This document shows, in pieces, positions 18,821-28,947 of a stretch of DNA of 64,000 nucleotides (position 1 is the first letter of the stretch; every line of letters begins with the position of its first letter). Source of the stretch: Acidimicrobiia bacterium (lineage in GTDB: Bacteria; Actinomycetota; Acidimicrobiia; UBA2766). The stretch is taken from contig JAIBAC010000001.1 in the NCBI GenBank assembly GCA_019695375.1, forward strand, positions 25,638-89,637, in the 5' to 3' direction. Both the position numbers and the translations under genes were made by a program. The notes beneath the pieces are model-generated. The model was given only the letters and a program-made list of their open reading frames with translations, was not told where the DNA came from and did not search any database.

Positions 18821-19255
18821 ATGAGCTCGGATCTCCACGTGACGGTCGCGGCACGGCTCCACCAGGTGGGCCAGCGCTTCACGCCGGGACGTCGTGCGCT
18901 CGTCGACGTGCTCGACGCGTCCGAGCGGCCGCTCACGCTGCCCGAGATCCTCGAACACGACAGCTCTGTCGCCCAGAGCAGCGCCTATCGCAATCTGAGC
19001 GTGCTCGAGCGCGCGAGCGTCGTACGGCGCATCTCGACGACCGACGAGTGGGCGCGCTTCGAGCTCGCCGAGGACCTCACCGAGCACCACCACCATCTGA
19101 TCTGCGGCATCTGCGGCACCGTCGAGGACTTCACCGTCGGCGCCGACCTCGAGTTGGCGGTCGACCGTGCTCTGAGGCGCATCGCGCGGAGGCGCGGCTT
19201 CGCGCCGGAGCACCACCGCCTCGACCTGATCGGCACCTGTTCCAGGTGCGTTTGA
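18821..19255 (+). CDS. Fur-family metalloregulator (likely Zur)
   Basis: 144 aa; HHHHLICGICG...CSRC metal-binding motifs; adjacent (convergent) to Zn-type ABC transporter. Confidence 0.75.
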   Translation: MSSDLHVTVAARLHQVGQRFTPGRRALVDVLDASERPLTLPEILEHDSSVAQSSAYRNLSVLERASVVRRISTTDEWARFELAEDLTEHHHHLICGICGTVEDFTVGADLELAVDRALRRIARRRGFAPEHHRLDLIGTCSRCV

Positions 19256-19270
19256 GGCCCCGGCCTGACC

Positions 19271-20119
19271 TCAGCGACCGTGCCGGACCCGAGCGCGCGA
19301 CACGGCGTACAGCACCAGCCACACGGCGACCGCGATCGTGACGATCGCGAAGCTCGGCGGCAGGTCGAACATCGCGGCTGCCAAGAGGCCCGTCCACACC
19401 GACACCAGCGCGATCGCGGTCCCGAGCGCGACGACCGCGGCCGGCCGCGCCGTGACGTAGAGGGCAGCGGCCGACGGCGTGACCACCAGTGCGAACAGCA
19501 GCAGCGTCCCGATCACCTGGACCGACATCGTCACCACCAGCGCGAGCAGGACCATGAAGACGACCCCGAGCGCGCGCACGGGCACGCCTCTTGCCTCGGC
19601 CACCTGCGGGTCGATCGAGGCGAACACGAGCGGCCGTGCGACGACGGCGAGCACGGCACCGAGCACGAGCGTGAAACACGCGAACGTGAGGATCTGGGCA
19701 CCGGACACACCGAGCAGGTTCCCGAAGAGGATGCTCGTCACGGTGCTCGCACTCCGGCTCGCGAGTGAGCCGAAGAGGACCCCGAGCGCCGTCGCGAAGG
19801 CGAGCACCGTGCCGGTCGCCACCTCGCGCTCGGAGACGGCCTTGCCCAGGGCTCCGATCGCAAGCGCACCTGCGATGCAGAAGACGAGGAGGCCCGCCGT
19901 CACCGGCAACCCGAGCACGACCGCCCCCGTCGCTCCCGGGAAGCCGATGTGCGCGAGCGCATGCGCGGCGAAGACCTGCCTGCGCACGACGACGTGATAG
20001 CCGATGAGACCGGCTGCCACCGCCACGAGCGAGCCGGCGACGAACGCGTTCACCATGAACGGCGCGCGGACGACGTCGAACCAGTCCGATTGGTAGCCGA
20101 CCGCGGCGACCACGCCCAT
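19271..20119 (-). CDS. znuB: metal ABC transporter permease (ZnuB/TroCD family)
   Basis: 282 aa, 8-9 TM helices, ABC-3 family profile. Confidence 0.8.
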   Translation of the reverse strand: MGVVAAVGYQSDWFDVVRAPFMVNAFVAGSLVAVAAGLIGYHVVVRRQVFAAHALAHIGFPGATGAVVLGLPVTAGLLVFCIAGALAIGALGKAVSEREVATGTVLAFATALGVLFGSLASRSASTVTSILFGNLLGVSGAQILTFACFTLVLGAVLAVVARPLVFASIDPQVAEARGVPVRALGVVFMVLLALVVTMSVQVIGTLLLFALVVTPSAAALYVTARPAAVVALGTAIALVSVWTGLLAAAMFDLPPSFAIVTIAVAVWLVLYAVSRARVRHGR

Positions 20120-20895
20120 CAGCCACCTCCGCCCCGCGTGAACAGGTCGCCCTGAGCGGTCCTGACCACACGCACCGGTGTCCCGTAGAGGTGCGTGAGC
20201 AGTTCGGAGTTCACGACGGCACCGATCTCGTCGTAGTGGGGATGGCCGTCGAGGAGGTAGACCGCGCCGGTGAGGACGGGCAGGAGCGGGTTCACGTCGT
20301 GGGAAACCACCATGATCGTGACGTCACCACGGGCGCTGACGTCCTCGATGAGCGACACCACGTCGCTCTGGCTCGCCACGTCGAGACTCGAGAGCGGCTC
20401 GTCGAGGAGGAGCAGGTCGGGGTCGTCGACGAGGGCCTGCGCGATCGCGACGCGCTGCTGCTGGCCTCCGGAGAGACGCGAGACGCGCCGGTTCGCGAAC
20501 TCGGCGACGCCGGCGTCTTCCAATGCCGCGTCCACACGGCCGCGATCGTTCGCAGACAGCGGCCGCATGCCCCACCTGGTGCCCGAGATCCCGAGGGCGA
20601 CCAGGTCGCGGCAGCGGACCGCTTCACCGACCGAAGCCGTGTAGTTCTGCGGCACGTAACCGATGCGGCGATTGCCGCGCCTGGGACGGTCACCGAGAAC
20701 GCGGACGCTGCCCTCACTTGGCGCCACGAGGCCGAGGAGCAGTTCGAACAGCGTCGTCTTTCCCGACCCGTTGGGACCGATCACGGCCACGCAGGCACCG
20801 GCGGGCAGCGCGAAGGTGCCTTCGGACCAGAGCCGGTGCCCGCCCCGCTTCACGGCGACCCCGTCGAGCTCGACCACGTCCTCCGCCGCGGTCAT
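20119..20895 (-). CDS. znuC: metal ABC transporter ATP-binding protein
   Basis: Walker A GPNGSGKTT, signature LSGGQQQRV, Walker B LLLLDEP; ATGA overlap with upstream SBP gene; real start ATG 20895 inside long ORF. Confidence 0.85.
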   Translation of the reverse strand: MTAAEDVVELDGVAVKRGGHRLWSEGTFALPAGACVAVIGPNGSGKTTLFELLLGLVAPSEGSVRVLGDRPRRGNRRIGYVPQNYTASVGEAVRCRDLVALGISGTRWGMRPLSANDRGRVDAALEDAGVAEFANRRVSRLSGGQQQRVAIAQALVDDPDLLLLDEPLSSLDVASQSDVVSLIEDVSARGDVTIMVVSHDVNPLLPVLTGAVYLLDGHPHYDEIGAVVNSELLTHLYGTPVRVVRTAQGDLFTRGGGG

Positions 20896-21872
20896 CGCAG
20901 CCCCAGAGCGCCGGCGAGGCTGTCGAGCTGGCCGACCTGCCACGCCACGAACCCGTCGACACCGGCCGGGACGGTCTCCGTCACCTCGACGACGGGCACC
21001 GAAGACGCCACGGCGCGGGATCGCGCGCTGTCGGCGAGGGTGCTCTCGGTCTGGCTGTTGAAGACGAGCACGTCGACGGCATGCGTGCTCAGCTCCTCCC
21101 CCAGCGCGTAGACGTCGCCCGGCGACGGATCGGCCTCGTTCGCGGTGGCAGCCGCATACCCGGCGGGCGTGCGGTCCACGAGCCCGAGGGCATCGGCCAT
21201 GTGGTCGAAGACCGGCTCGGTGGCAGCGAACCGCCGCCCCGCCGCGCCCGCGCGCATGGCGGCGACCGCTGCATGGATCGGCTCGACGCGCGCCGTCCAC
21301 TCGGCCCGACGCGCGTCGAGGTAGTCCGCGGCTCCGGGTGACAGCGCGCGCAGTTCGGCGGTCACGGCATCGGCGACCTGATCGAGGAACCGCGGTCCGT
21401 ACCAGATGTGGGGGTTGTCGCCCTCGTGGAGCCCCACCACCTCGCCGGCATCCACCACGGGCGGCGCCGGCGACATGGTGTCGAGGACGTGCTCGGCCCA
21501 ATCGTCGTAGCCGAGACCGTTGGCCACGACGAGGTCGGCGTCGGTGAAGCGCGCCGCATCCGACGTGGCCGGCTCGAACTCGTGAGGATCTGCCGCGGAC
21601 CTCCCGACGATGGTCGTCACGTGGCCGCACGCTCCCGCGACCGTGGTCACGAGATCGGTCCACTGACCGACCGTCACCACGATGTCGACGGGCTCCACCG
21701 GGCAGTCGGCGCGACCGGCGGCTGCCGCGTCACCCGGGCGCATCGTGGCGGGCTCCTGCGCCGCGCACCCGGGGATCACGGCGGCCGCGACCGAGGTGGC
21801 AGCGAGCACACGGACGGACAGGGGCACCACAGGGTCGTCTCGGGCAGGGGCTATTCCGGCTTTGAGAATCAT
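20892..21872 (-). CDS. znuA: metal (Zn/Mn) ABC transporter substrate-binding lipoprotein (ZnuA/TroA family)
   Basis: Signal peptide with lipobox (VIPGCAAQ), TroA-like fold motifs (DPHIWY-like GDNPHIWYGP); start ATG 21872. Confidence 0.8.
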   Translation of the reverse strand: MILKAGIAPARDDPVVPLSVRVLAATSVAAAVIPGCAAQEPATMRPGDAAAAGRADCPVEPVDIVVTVGQWTDLVTTVAGACGHVTTIVGRSAADPHEFEPATSDAARFTDADLVVANGLGYDDWAEHVLDTMSPAPPVVDAGEVVGLHEGDNPHIWYGPRFLDQVADAVTAELRALSPGAADYLDARRAEWTARVEPIHAAVAAMRAGAAGRRFAATEPVFDHMADALGLVDRTPAGYAAATANEADPSPGDVYALGEELSTHAVDVLVFNSQTESTLADSARSRAVASSVPVVEVTETVPAGVDGFVAWQVGQLDSLAGALGLR

Positions 21873-21877
21873 ACTCA
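21863..21877. promoter_or_regulatory. candidate Zur box: imperfect palindrome TGAGAATcATACTCA overlapping znuA start codon
   Basis: 7-1-7 inverted repeat (6/7 match) resembling actinobacterial Zur boxes (TGAAAATGATTTTCA class); located in divergent promoter region. Confidence 0.4.
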
Positions 21878-21944
21878 CTGCAGGAGGCGGCCGGGCAACC
21901 CCGCCACGCGGCCTCCCACGCCTTCGTGCCGTAGGCTCTCCGGC

Positions 21945-23183
21945 ATGTCGATCGACATGCGCACCCGCGACGACGCGGTCGAGCCGCCGCCCGTCGATCC
22001 CGAGGCGTTCTTCGACGCGGACCTCCCCGATCTGTTCGCACGTGCGGCCGGCTTGGTCGCACCCGGACTCTCCCTCCTCGACCCTGCACCGGTCGCGATC
22101 GAGGTCGGTGACCGCAGCTGGTTGCTGGAGGCGTCGGGCACCGGCGAGCCACACGTGACCGCCGAGACCGGCCGTAGGGGCGCGGCAGCCGAGGCAGGCC
22201 GGCTGCGGCTCACACCTGAGCAGCTGCACGACCTCGTCCACGACCAGGTGACCGCCATGGGGCTGTTCTCCGCGGGTCGCATCGACGTGTCGCGGGTCCG
22301 CCTCGATCACGTCCTGCACTGGTGGCTCGCGCTGCGCAGCGCCCTCGACCAGGTACCTGTGCACACGCCTGGTGCCGTCGAGACCCTCGACGCCGACGGA
22401 CGGCCCCTCGACCTGAAGCGCTCGTTCGACCCCGACGACGACCGCGCCGAGATGGCCCGCTTCCTGGAGGCGGCGGGGTTCCTGCACGTGCGCGGGATGT
22501 ACACCGAGTCCGAGATGCGCCAGGTCGAACTGGACATGGACGCCGCCGCACCCGACTACTCACCCGGCGACGGGCGTTCCTGGTGGGCCCGCACCGACGG
22601 CGGCGTCTCGCGGCTGGTGCGCATGCAGTACTTCGACCGCAAGTCCGAAACCGTCGCGGCGATGCTCGACGACGACCGATTCCAATCCCTCGCCGGCCTC
22701 CCCGGCTGTGGCCATGTGGCCCGCCCTCACGACCACACCAACCGCATCGAGGCGCTCTTCAAACCGCTCGGGGTCGTGGAGGGGATCTCCGACGTGCCCT
22801 GGCACAAGGACTGCAGCCTCGGCCGCCACTCCTACGAGTGCTGTGGAATCACCGTCGGCTTCTCCGTGACAGGGGCGGGGCCCGACTCGGGCCAGCTCCG
22901 CGTGATCGCCGGCTCCCACAGGGCTCTCGTGTGGCCGGCGCTGCTGCAGCCGGGTCTCGACCTCGAGGAGGTCGAGCTGCCGACCGAACGCGGCGACGTG
23001 ACCCTCCATCTGAGCTGCACCCTGCACATGGCACAGCCGCCGACCGAACGTGAACGCCGCGTCATGTACACGTCGTTCACGCTGCCGCCGGTCGATGCCG
23101 GAGCCACGTCAGCGGCCCGCCGGCGCCTCGGGGCACTGCGCGAGGCCGCGCCTGTGTCCGTGTCCCAACCGGCCGCGCGGTAG
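21945..23183 (+). CDS. SCP2-like lipid-binding domain fused to phytanoyl-CoA dioxygenase (PhyH)-like Fe(II)/2OG oxygenase domain
   Basis: N-term SCP2-type pattern; C-term HxD (VPWHKDCS) and distal His (LHLSCTLHM); start ATG 21945 inside longer ORF. Confidence 0.55.
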   Translation: MSIDMRTRDDAVEPPPVDPEAFFDADLPDLFARAAGLVAPGLSLLDPAPVAIEVGDRSWLLEASGTGEPHVTAETGRRGAAAEAGRLRLTPEQLHDLVHDQVTAMGLFSAGRIDVSRVRLDHVLHWWLALRSALDQVPVHTPGAVETLDADGRPLDLKRSFDPDDDRAEMARFLEAAGFLHVRGMYTESEMRQVELDMDAAAPDYSPGDGRSWWARTDGGVSRLVRMQYFDRKSETVAAMLDDDRFQSLAGLPGCGHVARPHDHTNRIEALFKPLGVVEGISDVPWHKDCSLGRHSYECCGITVGFSVTGAGPDSGQLRVIAGSHRALVWPALLQPGLDLEEVELPTERGDVTLHLSCTLHMAQPPTERERRVMYTSFTLPPVDAGATSAARRRLGALREAAPVSVSQPAAR

Positions 23184-23280
23184 CGGGCCCACTACGATCG
23201 GAACCTCGGCCCGGCGCGCATTCGGGAATTCCCCGCGGCCGGTCCACGTTTCCCAGCCGATCGGCCGGACAGGAGAACGC

Positions 23281-23598
23281 ATGGCCACGGTTAGCGAGGT
23301 CAAGGAACAGGATTTCAACGAGCAGGTCCTCCTTGCCGACGGCAAGGTCGTCGTCGACTTCTGGGCGCCGTGGTGTGGACCGTGCAAGGCCGTGGCCCCC
23401 GAGATCCAGAAGCTCGCCGACAAGCACGGCAACGTCACGTTCGTGAAGGTCAACGTCGACGAGGCGCCCTCGGTCGCGGGCCGCTACAACATCATGGGCA
23501 TCCCGACCATCGGGATGTTCGAGAGCGGCCAGCTCGTCAAGACCGCCGTCGGTGCGATGCCCGCGGAGCGACTCGAGAGCGAGCTCGGCCTCACCTGA
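23281..23598 (+). CDS. trxA: thioredoxin
   Basis: WAPWCGPCK active site, 105 aa. Confidence 0.9.
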   Translation: MATVSEVKEQDFNEQVLLADGKVVVDFWAPWCGPCKAVAPEIQKLADKHGNVTFVKVNVDEAPSVAGRYNIMGIPTIGMFESGQLVKTAVGAMPAERLESELGLT

Positions 23599-23656
23599 GG
23601 GTGGGGAGCTGTGCCGCCGCGGTGTGCGGCGGCGAAGTCGGCCTACGCTGACCCGG

Positions 23657-24541
23657 ATGGACACCTCGCGCCTGAAGTACAGATGGCACCCTGACTTCGC
23701 GTCCGCGCCGACGCTGGTGCTCGCGTTCGGGGGCTGGAACGACGCCGGCGAAGCCGCGACCGGGTCCGTCCTGTGGCTGCGCGACGAGCTCGATGCCGAG
23801 CCGTTCGTGGAGATCGCCGGTGACGCGTACTACGACTTCCAGCAGGTGCGTCCGATCGTGACCGTCGAGGACGGTCTCGTGCGCGAGGTCACCTGGCCGC
23901 GAGTGACCCTGAGCGCGACGTCGTCGGGAACCGGTTCACCGATCGTGCTCGGCCACGGTTTCGAACCGCAGTACCTGTGGCCGGACTTCTGCGCCGATCT
24001 CGTGCAGGTCGCGACCGACTGCGGCGCCGGCGGCATCGTGTTCCTCGGGTCCCTGCTCGCCGATGTTCCCCACACGCGGCCGTCACCGCTCGTCGCGACG
24101 GCGTCGTCGGACGCCGTTCGCATCCGCACGGGGATCGAGGGTGCCAACTACATCGGCCCGACCGGGATCGTGGGGGCGGCGGCGAAGGCGTTCGCCGACG
24201 CCGGCTTCGAGACCGTGAGCATCTGGGCGTCGGCATCGCACTACGTGTCCGCCGAGGCGAACCCGAACGCGATGCTGTCACTGCTCGAGAAGGTGCGCGA
24301 GGTCTGCGGTGTCGACGTCGACACGGGTGCGCTGAACGCGACGGTGCAGAGCTGGCGCGCCAAGGTCGACGAGGCCATGGAGGACCACCCCGACGTCGCC
24401 GCCTATGTGCGCATGCTCGAGCGCCGCGTCGACAGCGGCGGCGACGGCCCGGCGCCGTTGCGCGCCGAGGACCTGCCGTCGGGGGACGAGCTCGCCGCCG
24501 AGTTCCAGCGCTTCCTCCGCGACCACGGCGAAGAGGGCTGA
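23657..24541 (+). CDS. PAC2-family protein (proteasome assembly chaperone 2-like)
   Basis: Start ATG 23657; sequence pattern (LVLAFGGWNDAGEAAT, VFLGSLLADVPHTRP) typical of bacterial PAC2/DUF75 proteins. Confidence 0.6.
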   Translation: MDTSRLKYRWHPDFASAPTLVLAFGGWNDAGEAATGSVLWLRDELDAEPFVEIAGDAYYDFQQVRPIVTVEDGLVREVTWPRVTLSATSSGTGSPIVLGHGFEPQYLWPDFCADLVQVATDCGAGGIVFLGSLLADVPHTRPSPLVATASSDAVRIRTGIEGANYIGPTGIVGAAAKAFADAGFETVSIWASASHYVSAEANPNAMLSLLEKVREVCGVDVDTGALNATVQSWRAKVDEAMEDHPDVAAYVRMLERRVDSGGDGPAPLRAEDLPSGDELAAEFQRFLRDHGEEG

Positions 24542-24606
24542 CAGGATTCGGCGTCCGGCGCGCGGAATCCACAGGGGCAGCTAGAGCCCTGGAGGCCCGC
24601 GACCCG

Positions 24607-25494
24607 ATGAAGAACCTGCTGTCCCTACTGCTGTCGCTGCCGACCTTCCTGCGCAGGGTCAAGTTCGTCTACCGCGCGAAGTTGATGGCCCGCCTGATGC
24701 GGGTCGATCTCGACATCCACGTCGACAGGCGGGTCAAGATCGGCCGCAACGTGCTGTTGAAGCTCGAGGCCGGCAACCCGGTCACGGTCCACATCGGCCC
24801 CAACGTCGTGATCGAGGACGACGTCCGCTTCGAGGTGCGCAACAACATCGGCCACGACCCGACCCTCTGGATCGAGGGCAACGCCATCATCCACCCCAAC
24901 GCGACCATGATCTTCGGCGGCCACCTGGTCTTGAAGGGGATGAACGAGATCGGTTACGGCACGGTCATCCGCTGCAGCCAGTACATCGAGTGGGGGTCGC
25001 CGTCGGGCACAGGCGAGTACGTGAGCGTGTACGACTTCCTCCACGCGACCGACCAGGCACAGACCACGATGTACCAATCGGTCCTGATCAGCCAGCCCGT
25101 GAAGATCGGCAACTGGGTGATGCTCGCGGCCAAGTCGGTCGTCAACCCCGGTTCCACCATCTCGGACATGACGATCGTGGCACCGAACTCGGTCGTGTCG
25201 GGCAACCACGGCGACCCGCTCGAGATCCTGGCCGGCATCCCGGCCAAGCACCTGTTCAAGCCCGAGATGTGGCCGCTGCTCGACAACCCCTTCATCGCCG
25301 CGGTGACGTCGTGGATCGGCGACAAGCCCGGCGCCGGTTTCAAGACGGTCGAGGAGGCCAAGAAGACGACACCCGACCCGGGCCGGTACCGTATGGACCA
25401 GCACGGCTGGGACGCGATCGTCAACATGGGCAAGGAACGGGTCGGCGAGAAGGTGGAGGAGGGCGCCGAGATCGCCCGTACCAAGGCCGACTGA
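24607..25494 (+). CDS. hexapeptide-repeat (left-handed beta-helix) acyltransferase
   Basis: Imperfect [LIV]GxxxxI hexapeptide periodicity (VKIGRNVLL, VHIGPNVVI, AIIHPNATM, VKIGNWVML); start ATG 24607. Confidence 0.6.
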   Translation: MKNLLSLLLSLPTFLRRVKFVYRAKLMARLMRVDLDIHVDRRVKIGRNVLLKLEAGNPVTVHIGPNVVIEDDVRFEVRNNIGHDPTLWIEGNAIIHPNATMIFGGHLVLKGMNEIGYGTVIRCSQYIEWGSPSGTGEYVSVYDFLHATDQAQTTMYQSVLISQPVKIGNWVMLAAKSVVNPGSTISDMTIVAPNSVVSGNHGDPLEILAGIPAKHLFKPEMWPLLDNPFIAAVTSWIGDKPGAGFKTVEEAKKTTPDPGRYRMDQHGWDAIVNMGKERVGEKVEEGAEIARTKAD

Positions 25495-25835
25495 GCGCCA
25501 TCGACACAGCTCTCACAGCACCAACGGCGCCGTGGACCATCGGGGGAAGGTCCACGGCGCCGTCGCGAACGCTTCGCCCGCCACCACCCGTCACGGCGGC
25601 GCCACCCGTCGAGGCGGCGTGACGCGGTCGCGTACCCTTGGGGCACAGGAATTGCCGACCGACCTGTGGAAGACTTCGGCGAGGCCAGAGGCATGGTGAC
25701 GCCCGGACTGTTGGGCCTTGGTGGGCGGGGACCGGATGTCACGACGCTCATGGCCGCCGCGTGGTGGGTCCCCCATCCCGCGCGGGTAGGTGGCGCGGTC
25801 CACCCTGGTGGGCCGGCGATTGCGAGGAGTGGCTA

Positions 25836-27542
25836 GTGGCGCGCAGACAGGCGTCGGGACCCATCGGTGAACTGCTGCTCAAGCGCAAGCTCGTCCGCCG
25901 CGAGGAGCTCGACGCGGCACTCGCTCACCAGGCGCAGAGCCCTGGCAACCGGATCGGAGAGATCCTCGTGGAGCTCGGCTACCTGCAGCCGAGCCAGCTC
26001 ACCCGCACCCTGGCCGAGCTCTACGGCGTCCCGGCCTACGAGGTGGGGACTCGTTGCGAGCCGGACGCGGTGGCGCTGATCCCGAAGGACTTCGCCGAGG
26101 ACCAGCTCCTGCTGCCGGTGCGCCTCGACGGCGACGCCGGTGATGTGATCGTGGTCGCGACCCCGCGACCCGACGACACGGAGCTCCTCGCGTTCGTGAC
26201 GGAGCGGACGGGCAAGACCGTCTCACCGCTCGTGGCGTCGGAGGCCGTCGTGCGCAGGGCGATCGGCGAGGCGTACCAGACCCTGCACGCGGTCGAACAG
26301 CACGTGGCCGCCTACCGGACCACCGCGATCGCCGCCACCACGGACGACTCGACGTCGATCTCCGCGGTCACCGAGGACGCACCGGTGGTGCGCATCGCCA
26401 ACATCCTCGTGACCGAGGCGCTGCGCGAGCGGGCCTCGGACGTGCACATCGAGCCTCAGCCCGACCGCCTGCGCATCCGCTACCGCGTCGACGGCACCTT
26501 GCGCGACGTCCAGGACCTTCCGCTCGAGATGGGGCCGGCGCTGGCGTCACGCATCAAGGTCATGGCCGACCTCGACATCATCGAGCGGCATCGCAGCCAG
26601 GACGGCCAGATGACCCTCGAGGTCGAAGGCCGCCAGGTCGACATCCGCGTCGCGATCACCGAATCGATCTGGGGCGAGAAGGTCGTGCTTCGTGTGCTCG
26701 ACCGCGGCAAGTCCGTTCTCGGCGTCGGGCAGCTGGGCATGCCCGACGAGCTCGTGAGCCAGTACCTGCCGGTCGTGCACATCCCCTTCGGGATGGTCTG
26801 CGTCGCGGGACCGACCGGCGCCGGCAAGACGACCACCCTCTACGCGTCGCTGAACGAGCTCGACCGCTTCGAGCGCAACATCACGACCATCGAGGACCCC
26901 GTCGAGTACATCTTCCCCGACATCACCCAGATACAGATCCACAAGGCGTACGGGCGCGACTTCGCCCACGGCCTGCGTGCACTCCTGCGCCAGGACCCCG
27001 ACGTGATCCTCGTGGGCGAGGTGCGCGACACCGAGACCGCCGAGATCGCGACCCAGGCGGCCCTCACCGGCCACGCCGTGTTCTGCTCTGTGCACGCCAC
27101 CGACTCGGTCGCGGCGCTGTTCCGCTTCCTCGACATGGGCGTGCCCAACTACCTCATCGCGCCGGCGATGGAGGCGATCGTGGCCCAGCGCCTCGTGCGC
27201 CGCATCTGCCACGTCTGCGCCGTCGAGTACGTCCCGAGCGCCGACGAGCTCGCCTTGTACGAGAAGGTCACCGGCGTGCGGCGCGAGGAGTTCTGGCACG
27301 GCACCGGATGCACCCACTGCCACGGGACCGGCTACTACGAACGCATCGGTGTGTACGAGTTCCTGCGCCTCGACGACGAGATCAAGGAGCTGATCGTGCG
27401 AGGCGCGACCGCGGCGGAGCTGCGCGACGCAGCCGTGAAGACATCGGGGATGGTGCCTCTCGGTCAGGCTGCGATGGCCAAGGTGACCACCAACGAGACC
27501 ACCATCTCCGAGGTGATCAGGACCGTCTATGCAGCCGGTTGA
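25836..27542 (+). CDS. pilB: type IV pilus assembly / type II secretion ATPase (PilB/GspE family) with N-terminal GspE_N domain
   Basis: Walker A GPTGAGKTTT, Asp box, His box, tetracysteine motif CHVC...CTHCHGTG; GTG start 25836 preceded by GAGGAG. Confidence 0.85.
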   Translation: MARRQASGPIGELLLKRKLVRREELDAALAHQAQSPGNRIGEILVELGYLQPSQLTRTLAELYGVPAYEVGTRCEPDAVALIPKDFAEDQLLLPVRLDGDAGDVIVVATPRPDDTELLAFVTERTGKTVSPLVASEAVVRRAIGEAYQTLHAVEQHVAAYRTTAIAATTDDSTSISAVTEDAPVVRIANILVTEALRERASDVHIEPQPDRLRIRYRVDGTLRDVQDLPLEMGPALASRIKVMADLDIIERHRSQDGQMTLEVEGRQVDIRVAITESIWGEKVVLRVLDRGKSVLGVGQLGMPDELVSQYLPVVHIPFGMVCVAGPTGAGKTTTLYASLNELDRFERNITTIEDPVEYIFPDITQIQIHKAYGRDFAHGLRALLRQDPDVILVGEVRDTETAEIATQAALTGHAVFCSVHATDSVAALFRFLDMGVPNYLIAPAMEAIVAQRLVRRICHVCAVEYVPSADELALYEKVTGVRREEFWHGTGCTHCHGTGYYERIGVYEFLRLDDEIKELIVRGATAAELRDAAVKTSGMVPLGQAAMAKVTTNETTISEVIRTVYAAG

Positions 27543-28947
27543 CCCCAACGGTCCCCATGCGGCCGCCGCGGCCACGCACGCCCACCCGCCCGTGCCGGCC
27601 GGCTACGCCTCACCCCAGCCTCCCTACCCCGCGGGTGCGGGCCACGCCGCTCCGGCGCCGCCACCGGCGCCGGTCACGCCCGAGCCCGAGGACGAGCGCC
27701 GGCGGGTGGAGGCCAAGCGCCGCCGCGACCGCCCCAAGATCGGCACGTACGCGTACAAGATCCGCACCGCCCACGACGTGATCGTGCGCGGCAAGCTCCG
27801 CGCGGCGAGCGCCGAGCAGGCCGCCATGATCGTGAACCAGCCCGGCGGCGAGATCCTCAAGCTGCGCCGCCAGTCCGACGTGCTCCACATGGAGATCGGT
27901 CCGCGGCGAATCAAGGGCGCCGAGCTCGTCATCTTCACACGCCAGCTCGCCGCGTTCGTGCGCTCGGGGATCCCGATGATCGAGGCGCTCGGCTCGATCG
28001 GCGGCGAGAACGCGAGCCGCCAGCTCCAGGACACTCTGCGCGAGGTGTCGCTCGACCTCGCCGAGGGGATGCCGCTCAGCCGCGCGATCTCCCAGCATCC
28101 CACGGTCTTCCCCAACTGGTACGCCGACCTCGTGCGCGCCGGCGAGACGACCGGCAAGCTCGACACCGTGCTCGAATCCGCTGCCCGCTACCTGCAACGC
28201 CAGGAGGAGGCGAAGAAGAAGGTCCGGTCGGCGCTGATCTACCCGGCGGTGATCGCGGTGATGGCGGTGGTCACCGTGGCCGTCCTCCTCGTGTACGTGC
28301 TGCCCAAGTTCGTGACGTTCTTCGAGGAGTTCGACGCGCAGCTCCCGGCCATAACCAGGGCACTGCTCACCACCTCCAAGTTCATCAGCGACAACCTCCT
28401 GTGGATCGCCCTCGGGTTCGCGATCGTGGTGCTCGTCGCGATCGTCCTCGTGCGGACCCCGCCGGGGCGGTACGCGTGGGACTGGCTCAAGATCAAGGTG
28501 CCGCTGCTCGGCATCGTGATCCGCTACTCCATCGTCGAGCGCTTCTGCGCGACGCTTGCCACGATGGTCTCCGCCGGCGTGCCGCTCGTCACCACGTTCA
28601 CGGTCGTCATCGACGGCGCCCGCAACAAGGTGTTCGAGCGCTCTCTCACCAGGGTGCGCGAGTCGATGATGATCGGCCAGGGCATGAGCGGCCCGATCGC
28701 GGCGACCGGCCTGTTCCCCCCGATCGTGCCCCAGATGGTCAAGGTCGGCGAGGACACGGGCACGCTCGACGAGCAGCTCCGCATGGCCCAGGAGTTCTTC
28801 GGTGAGGAGCTCGACTACCGCCTCCAGAAGTTCACCGCAATCTTCGAGCCGATGATGATCATCTTCATGGGTGTGATCGTCGGATTCGTGGCGCTCGCGA
28901 TCGTCTCCGCGATGTACGGGATCTTCCAGCAGGTCAAGCTGAAATGA
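27529..28947 (+). CDS. pilC: type IV pilus platform protein (PilC/GspF family) with Pro-rich N-terminal extension
   Basis: Two GspF repeats, 3 TM helices; overlaps pilB by 14 nt. Confidence 0.85.
   Translation: MQPVDPNGPHAAAAATHAHPPVPAGYASPQPPYPAGAGHAAPAPPPAPVTPEPEDERRRVEAKRRRDRPKIGTYAYKIRTAHDVIVRGKLRAASAEQAAMIVNQPGGEILKLRRQSDVLHMEIGPRRIKGAELVIFTRQLAAFVRSGIPMIEALGSIGGENASRQLQDTLREVSLDLAEGMPLSRAISQHPTVFPNWYADLVRAGETTGKLDTVLESAARYLQRQEEAKKKVRSALIYPAVIAVMAVVTVAVLLVYVLPKFVTFFEEFDAQLPAITRALLTTSKFISDNLLWIALGFAIVVLVAIVLVRTPPGRYAWDWLKIKVPLLGIVIRYSIVERFCATLATMVSAGVPLVTTFTVVIDGARNKVFERSLTRVRESMMIGQGMSGPIAATGLFPPIVPQMVKVGEDTGTLDEQLRMAQEFFGEELDYRLQKFTAIFEPMMIIFMGVIVGFVALAIVSAMYGIFQQVKLK

Noticed and set aside
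23617-23637. Hairpin GCCGCCGC-ggtgt-GCGGCGGC after trxA as terminator
   Set aside because: A plausible stem-loop, but the next gene starts 20 bp later on the same strand and there is no U-tract, so the evidence is too weak to call.
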